Positions 35,778 through 64,000 of a stretch of 64,000 nucleotides of DNA are shown here, one piece after another. Positions within the stretch are counted from its first letter, which is position 1, and every line of letters begins with the position of its first letter. The stretch lies in the NCBI RefSeq assembly GCF_009914755.1, contig NC_060934.1. One strand, given 5' to 3'. Under the pieces are notes generated by a model. The model was not told the origin of the DNA. It did not search any database and saw only the letters and a list, made by a program, of their open reading frames with translations. Made by a program: the position numbers and the translations under genes. This DNA is from the human T2T-CHM13v2.0 reference genome, Homo sapiens.

Positions 35778-36501
35778 ATACAGTTAAGTACATCAATCTT
35801 ATGTGCACGGCTTAATTTTTACATGGTATACACCCATGTAACTGCGATCCAGATAAGCACAAAGATAGTTTCCAGCATCCCCAGAAGGCTCCCAGGTACT
35901 GCCTCCCAATCAGTGCTTCCCAGAGGCAGCCATCATTCTGATCTCTATCACCATAGGTTAACTTGGGCTGGTTTTGAACTTTATATAAATGGAATAGTGC
36001 AGTATAAATCTCTTGTATCTGATTTCTTTCAATCAACATTATGCTTGTAAGATTCATCTTTATTGGATGTCTTGGTCATTTTCATTGCTGTATAGTATTC
36101 CATTGTATGAATATACAGCAATTCATTCGCCCATTCTACTCCTGTTGGACTTCAGAAATTTTTTCTACTATAAATAATGGTCTATGAATATTCTAGTACG
36201 TGTCTTTTGGTGGACCTAAGCCCTCATTTCTATTAGATACATTTCCAAAAGTAGAATTGCTGAGTCTCGGGGTATGGTAGATACTGCCAAATGGTTTTTC
36301 CATTTGGTATGGCAGTATCATAGGAGAAAAGCCATGACACAGGAAGTGATGGAGGACTTAACACTAAACTCCAGATCCATCACTGAGTCACCCTGGATCT
36401 CAAGCGTGTAAATTGTGGGGTGAAACAACCTTATATGAAGTATTTGGTGTGCGCGGGGAGTGATATAAAGGTGTGCAAAAGTCTTCTAAAGAACTATTTT
36501 T

Positions 36502-36813
<312 letters not shown>

Positions 36814-39460
36814 TCAGGACAGTTAAAACTATTTTAACGGTAGATATATGTCATTTGACGTTTGTCTAAACTCATAGAATGTACAACATCAAGATGAACC
36901 CCAATGTAAATGGTGGCCTCTGATGACATGTCAATGCAGGTTCACCCACTGTAACAAATGCGCCACTCTGGTGCTAATGTTAACAGTTGGGGAGGCTGGG
37001 GGGTGGATATATGGGAACTCACTGCACTTCCTGCTCAATTCTGCAGTGCATAGAAAACTCCTCTACAAAACAAAGTCTATTTTTAAAATTAAAAAACTTT
37101 AAAGATGGTGCCAAACACAATGCCCAGCACGTAGCAACTGCCCTGTGAACATCAGCTGCAACTGTGGCATTATCATTATCATTATTATTGTCTTGCTGCT
37201 AGGGCCGTGTTCCTGGAGAGATGCCCCTGTGAGCCGTTTTGGGAACTTACAGATGGCACCTGCATCTTCTGGTGGTCTCCTAAATGAGCCCTGTCCCCCA
37301 CCAGGCCAAAGCCACACCACCCTTGGCAGAGCTCCCACTTGCCTGTCTGCCACACTTGCTTCCTTACCATTTTTTGTTCTTCATACTTAATTGCCTGGTT
37401 TGTTGAACTGTACTCAAAACACCTATTTTACTAGAAAACCTAAACCAAGGTCCTTTGAGCTCAATCAAAGGCATCTTATCCAGTTAATAGAAACGTTTTA
37501 GAAATTTAAATCCATTGCCTTTAGATTGGGCATGTCAACTCTACTTGTTCACAGACCTCACTATTCCCTACTACTTTCCTCTCTCCAGGTTGTGTAACCC
37601 CCCTGGCTCCTGCAGTTATCTGTCTTATTGGCCCCTGACATAAATTCTGTATGAATCTATCATTATTTTCAGACTGATAATGACTTTTTGTCAAGTGTTA
37701 GGATAAGAAAGGAGTGTGCTGAGGAAGGCCAAGTCTTCAGCTTCTAGCATTTCAGGGTCTCGTTCAGTCCATTTCAACCCTTCTCTCCTTCTCCCTTCTT
37801 TTTTTTCTCTCTCTCCTTTCTCTCCTTCTTTCTTTCTCTCTCTCTCTCTCCTTTCTCTGTCTCTCCTTCTTTCTCTCCCCTCCTCTCAGATATCTAGCAC
37901 CTACTCTGTGCTATGCCAAGGGATGCAGATCTGAGCTTACAGCCCTGGGGAACCAGCCCCTAGGGATTCTGGCTAGGGAAGGAGATGGGGATCAGAGGGA
38001 AGGGAAACTCGTACCACGTGGAAACCACACCCAAAGGTACTGGATCCACTGACCTTGTCTCCACCACCCTAGAGGAACTTCTGGATGGGCAGCTCTGAGA
38101 ACATAGCTCACCTCCAGCTGGGGAGGAGCTCCTGTCCTTATGTGCTCTCCTGCAGCTTCCAATGGAGAAGAGCCCAAAGACACAGTATCTCCTCTGTCCC
38201 CAGAGTTCTTGCCAGAGTCTTGTCAAGGGGTCTTGACAGGGCTAAGCATCAGCCGTCAGCCTCCTAATGGGACAATCTTGAGGGGCTGGACCCCACACTG
38301 GTCTGGGAGACCTCCTCCGGGTACACCCACAGGTTCGATTTCTAAGATCCCGGCATCCAAGACTGCTCTAATTGATTCACTGGAGTCACTGACTTGGAAC
38401 AAAATACTTTTATAAGTATTTAGTTGGTAAGTCTAGCTATTATTAACATGCAATAATGAATTGCTAATAAGAAAACTAAATCAATCTAAGGAAATCTCAA
38501 ATTGGGACCTGCCAGAAATAGAAGAAAGATCTCAGTCTCCAAGTCTAAATTATTTCACCGACAAACCTCTAGAAAAAAGAAATAGCTTTCAGGTTCAGCT
38601 CTTGGGTGCAAAGCTCTTTGGGAGCATTCATACGACTTGAATGGAGCTGTGGTACATGGAGAGGGGACTGGACTGGGAATAGCAGAGGCAGGGTTGGCGG
38701 CCAGTCCTCCTGATCCCCAGCCCAACACCCCCAGCTGCTCCCTCCTAAATAGGACGTGGCTCCCCTCAAACAAAACGTACATTCGATTGCCCATATTAAG
38801 TGCTTGATAAATGTGTGGAATTTAATGGAAATGACTATGGAAGGAATGAAGTAAGTTTGCTACATGAACAAGACTCTGCCTCAAAAAAAAAAACTACTTT
38901 TAGTCATTAAGGTCTGATCACTTCTGCTATGCATGGTGGCAGATACATGGTGGCTTTTCCTTTGATGAATTATGTTTTCTTTGCCATTTCTGAGATTATT
39001 ATAGCTTAGCTGTGTCTGAACACTGACATCAAATTACAAGATGCATGAGTCATCATGGAAGAGACCCAAGGGAAAAAAGCAGGGCCTAATAAACTAGCCT
39101 CTGGGTCACAGCCTAACAGCATCCTTCTCCAAAGGGATGAGCTAAGCCTGCAGCCAGACATTGTCAGTGACTATTAAGGAGATCTGAATGCAAAATGTGA
39201 ATGTCACCTGAGTCAGGATTAGTGGATGCATGAGACTCTCCTTTTCCTAGCAAGTAGATTCTTACCTTACTGAGTTCTACTCTGTGCTAGGGACATGATC
39301 CCTGCCCTCAGGCGTCTCACAGTCTGCACAGCAGAAACAGATAAATAAACGGGAAATCATGACCCAGCATAATAAGTCTTGTCTGATGGAAACTGCAGGG
39401 CCCAGGGCCTAAGAAGGGCAGATTTTAATGTCTTGAAGAATTTAAGCTGACCACCAATGT

Positions 39461-39886
39461 TGAGAGGTGAAGCCAGCTGGACTTCCTGGGTCAAGTGGGG
39501 ACTTGGAGAACTTTTCTGTCTAGCTAGAGGATTGTAAATGCACCAATCAGCACTCTGTGTCTAGCTAAAGGATCATAAATGCACCAATCAGCACTCTGTA
39601 AAATGGACCAATCAGCACTCTGTAAAATGGACCAATCAGCAGGACGTGGGTGGGGACACATAAGGGAATAAAAGCTGGTCACCCCAGCCAGCAGCAACAA
39701 TGCTCTGATCCCCTTCCGTGTTGTGCAGGCTTTGTTCTTTGGGTCTTCACAATAAATCTTGCTGCTGCTCACTCTTTGGGTCTGTGCCACCTTTAAGAGC
39801 TGTAACACTCACTGTGAACCTCCATGGCTTCATCCTTGAAGTCAGCGAGACCAAGAACCCACTGGAAGGAACCACCTCCGGACACA
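39461..39886 (+). mobile_element. ERV9 solo LTR (LTR12 family, LTR12F-like)
   Basis: TGAGAGGTGAAGCCAGCTGG start, four CCAATCAGCA repeats (39543, 39584, 39608, 39632), CCGGACACA end, flanking ATGT. Confidence 0.92.
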
Positions 39887-40847
39887 TGTGAGTCAAGAAG
39901 AAGGGCAATAGAACTTTTGAGCAAATAGCGATGCACCTGAAATTTTTTAAAAGTTAGCTTTCAGAGGCTAAAAGAGGCCTTTGAGTCTCCCAGACACAGG
40001 AAGTGTATTACAGGGAGACTAGTTCTAACCATCAGGTTCAAGAGCAAGGGGTTGCACATGTAAGGAAGGAGTTGCCAGGGGTCCTGGTTTCTGATCCTAG
40101 CTTGAATGCACTCTGCTTGTGGAGTCCTGAGAGGCCAGGTGGCTTCTCTGGGCTCAGTTTCCCTACTTGGGAATAGGTATAGACCAGAGGATCTCTGCAA
40201 GCTTCTTTCCAGATAGGACATGCTATGGCTGCTTAATATTTTTAAACAGGACAGAACTGCATCATCTCAAATGCTCATGGCAAGTCAACTCCACTGTATG
40301 CATTTTATCACTTCATGATATAATTTAATTTTGCTTGTGAGCTCATCGTACATATCAAACCACATGCAAAAAAAAAAAAAAAAAGCCAAGCCAGAGAGAA
40401 CATAAAAAAAGACAATGGCTTGAGGACATGATCTGGGGTCAAGAAATGAGACCTTTTTAACTCTTGAGTGCTCATGATGCAAAGTGAACCTGAGACCATC
40501 GAGGGATGACGAATGGATGCGAGCCACTCTTCCTCCACAAACTTCACCTTCCTTCCACCATCCTCAGAGTACCATGTCTAAAACTAGGATACTCATCAGT
40601 TGAATTGGATGGGAATGAAATCCAAGTCCCACCTCCATGGATTCCAGCCACACTCACTAAACATGAGAACAGGCAGAACGCACACAGAATGAGAAGTGGG
40701 CGTGTGAACAGGGGGCTGAAGTCTGGAAGGCACTGAGCAACAGAAGCTACCAGCTCTTTCGCCTTGAGAAAGCCTGGCTGTGCTTTGTATCTTGTCTGTA
40801 AATATCTGTTTACTGAGTTAAAATGCAAACAGTCTGGGTGTGCCTTA

Positions 40848-41525
<678 letters not shown>

Positions 41526-44069
41526 TTAGAAAAGAATCTTAGGCTCCAGAACCAGAATCTGCATTGTAGCAGGAACTCCAGGGTTTTAGAAGCATGGCTG
41601 CATAGGGTAAGGGGCCCTGGGGAGCTTACAGTGGGAGGAGAAGGGCTGATTCTGTCTAAGAGGGTCAGGGAAGGCCTCCCCCAGGAAGTCACATTTGGGC
41701 TGGATCTTCAAAGATGAGTAGGAACTTAATTTGAGAAGAGATGGAGGAAATTCCAAGCAGAGGAAGGGGTAGGATGAGATGGTGACAGACTGCAGAGAGA
41801 GATGATGCTGAACTGGAAACGGGGGCTAGAATCTGATTTTGAAGGCACCTGTACTCATCTACCATATTCAAGAATTTATGTTTTGTTTGTCTCCTGAGGA
41901 TGAGAATCAAGTAAGGAGGGAGAACATTCTCCAGGCACCATGCTGACGTTTAATCAATGCAGGGTGTTCAGGGCACATTAGAGATGCTGATGACCTTGTT
42001 CACAGCGGAGATTTGCTCTCAGGGAAAATAGTAAAGACTGGTGGCTTTCAGGTCTGCTCACAGAGGGTGGGAGGGTCCTGTATTTAAAGGGAAACAGAAA
42101 AAAATGTTTCCATCTAAGGACAACTTCTTCTTTTTTTTTTTTTCCTGAAGGTGATAAAAGCAAGGGAATTATCAATTACTCTAAATGGTAGGAAGCCAAA
42201 ATATGGTGCCAAAGGACTGGAAAGTAATTTTTCTTGGAGGCAAAGTAGCAACTGTTTAATCTTTTAAACAGCCTCATGGAAGGCCAAGGCAGAGAGAGAG
42301 AGAGAGAGCTTGCTTCGCCTTAGCAGAAACCTGCTTGTAACTCAGGACTCAGAAGCCTGGTGTTGTCCAAGGACGGTCCACAGACCGACTGGTCCCATGG
42401 CGGGTGGAGCCCACGCTGCCCAGGACCCCGGCTCTGGGAGCGATTGCCTTCCCCATGCAGGCCTGGGCCCTCCTTCAGCTCCCAACTGGCCAGATCCTCT
42501 CAATGACGAGCCAGAGGAAGCCATGTGCTTTTAAAAATGCCAGAGGACATTTGTCACACTCTGTTATCATAATGATTATTGATTGCTTAAGTGGTCTTGT
42601 GTGTGTGGAATAATATAGCACATCCAATCTAGCACAGATAATTCAGACAGCTCCCACTTTTAGAGATAATGTTGTCTTGGCATCTGAAGGTGTTTTATTG
42701 TAGCGACAGTCCTTGGGCCGTTGGGACTGTGTATTGGGGGTATAGTATGTGAGAAGTAAAAGGAGAGCATTAGCAACCAGGACTAAACTATGCTGCAATG
42801 TGTAGAAGGAAAAAAAAAATGTGGGAGCTTCTGTTATTAGCACTCATTAAATGCTGGCCCTTTAATGAATGCTTTCTAGCACTCATCTCTAATTCATTCC
42901 ACAACCCTACAAGAGAGCTGTCATTAGCCCCATTTTCAAATGAGTAACCTGGGGTCTGGTGAGGGTGGTTGTCAGGGCCCCGCAGCCAAGCTGTGCAGAG
43001 CTGGTGTTCAGGTCTAGGTCAGCCTGTTGTGGACCACAGCTCACCACTCTGACTTCCTGTAGTGTACTACCCTGCCATTCAGAAGTCTCTAAGATGCTGC
43101 AAGTTTGCTGAGAGTTTGTCTAGCCTTCAGAAAATTCACACAAAAGAAAAAAACAGGGAAAAGGCAGAAAACAGACAAAATCCACATAGGTAAAACATGA
43201 ATTAAATATTAATTATTAAATAGCATACGATGTGTAAATTATATATAATCATATATAATAAATTTTTGTTGAAAAAGCTTCATTTTACAAAAGACTTCCA
43301 CATAGGTTTTATGTATACAGCTTCTAAACGTACTTAAAGTGATCTGTTCACAGATATTTAGTTTGTAGTTTTTCCAGAATAGTTTTCATTTCCATATTTC
43401 GCAGATGAAGAGGATTTCACATAAGCCCAAATCTATGGATCCATTTGATTCCTTGAGACATTGGTATGAGCAAATCAATGAGCATTTATCTATGACTACT
43501 CCTTTAAAGATGCTGTGTTAAATCCTGGAGGAGAAATGATGGCGAAGGAGATACAGGTTCATCTCTAAAGAGGTCTCTCTCTAGTAGGGGAGATGAATCA
43601 AACAAGTAGAAAATTAAGTAAAAGAAGTGTGTTGCTGTTGTCACTGTTGTTTTTAATGTTAGTGACAAAAGAAAGAGAGATAAAGGTTTTACTGGCCTAA
43701 GTAATATTCAGATGACACTTACTGTAGGCACTCAGAAAGGAGAAATGAGATCGGGTTCAGGAAGGAAAGCTGTACAAAAACCAAGACTTGTTGCTGAATT
43801 TAGAAGAGAGTTAAGATGCTGAAAGACAGAAAGAAAATGTATTTATCAGAGCCCAACAAAAGTACACAGGAAGATGTACTTAGGGAAGAGTATCCAGATT
43901 AATTTGAGTTTGAAGAAACATTTGCAAATGGACTAAAGAGTGTTAAGCCTGAAAAGGCAGGTTGGAGCCACACCATCAAGAAAGTCTTGAAAGACTCATG
44001 CAGCAATTGGGACAGCTCTCTTTGGTGTGGCAGCCATGGAAGGTTTTTGATCTGCTTAAAGTACTTTCT

Positions 44070-47730
<3,661 letters not shown>

Positions 47731-48204
47731 AAGCTGATTTTTTAAAACTCTTCCTTCATTCCTTTCTTCCTTCCTCCTTTTCTCCTTTCCTGTCTTTCTT
47801 GTCTTCTGTTCTCCTGTCCTTTTTTTTTTCTCTTACTCTTTTGCCCAACTTTTAACCACAGGGAAGCATTTAAAACATAAATGTTGAGCAAACACTCAGG
47901 TTGCCACTATTCAGGTCAATAAATGGAATGTTTCTAGCTTCCCAGAGGCCTCTCCTTGCAAATACAGTGTCTCTTCTCAATTGCAACTTCCCCCTCCTCT
48001 AAATACCAATTATCCTAGCTTTTATGGTAGCCACTTTCTCACTTTTCTGTACAGTTTTACTGGTTTTACTACTAAGTATGCATTTCTAGACAATATTAAT
48101 TTTGTTTGTTTTTGAAATAGATATACAGGTACAGATATTCATACATTATGCATAGTTTTCTGTCTGGTTTATTTCATTCGACATAATGTTTGTAAGAATA
48201 GAAT

Positions 48205-54859
<6,655 letters not shown>

Positions 54860-54862
54860 TAA

Positions 54863-64000
<9,138 letters not shown>

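Noticed and set aside
39541-39640. Short direct repeats resembling a spaced array
   Set aside because: They are the standard LTR12 CCAAT enhancer repeats, not CRISPR-like.

Overview
Human-type genomic DNA, recognisable as the 5' part of OGDHL (10q11.23) plus about 44 kb of upstream sequence. OGDHL is on the minus strand. Non-coding exon 1 lies in a CpG-island promoter near 19.9-20.1 kb, and coding exons 2-15 (16276 down to 498; 2012 nt of CDS, all GT-AG) continue off the left edge. Upstream lie a second CpG island (about 25.9-26.8 kb) and a MAPK6/ERK3 processed pseudogene (28728-32125) that lacks the kinase domain and contains a HERV-H LTR7. There is also an LTR12, MER4 elements, and a dense Alu/L1 field from 44 to 64 kb. 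The main unexplained signal is in the non-repeat islands from about 25.4 to 43.5 kb. These carry an ordered series of minus-strand, splice-site-bounded, stop- and frameshift-riddled segments whose translations resemble successive parts of about 4-5 extended Tudor domains. I interpret this as a long-dead multi-Tudor (TDRD-like) gene. That call rests on visual motif recognition only and needs profile and synteny searches to confirm.
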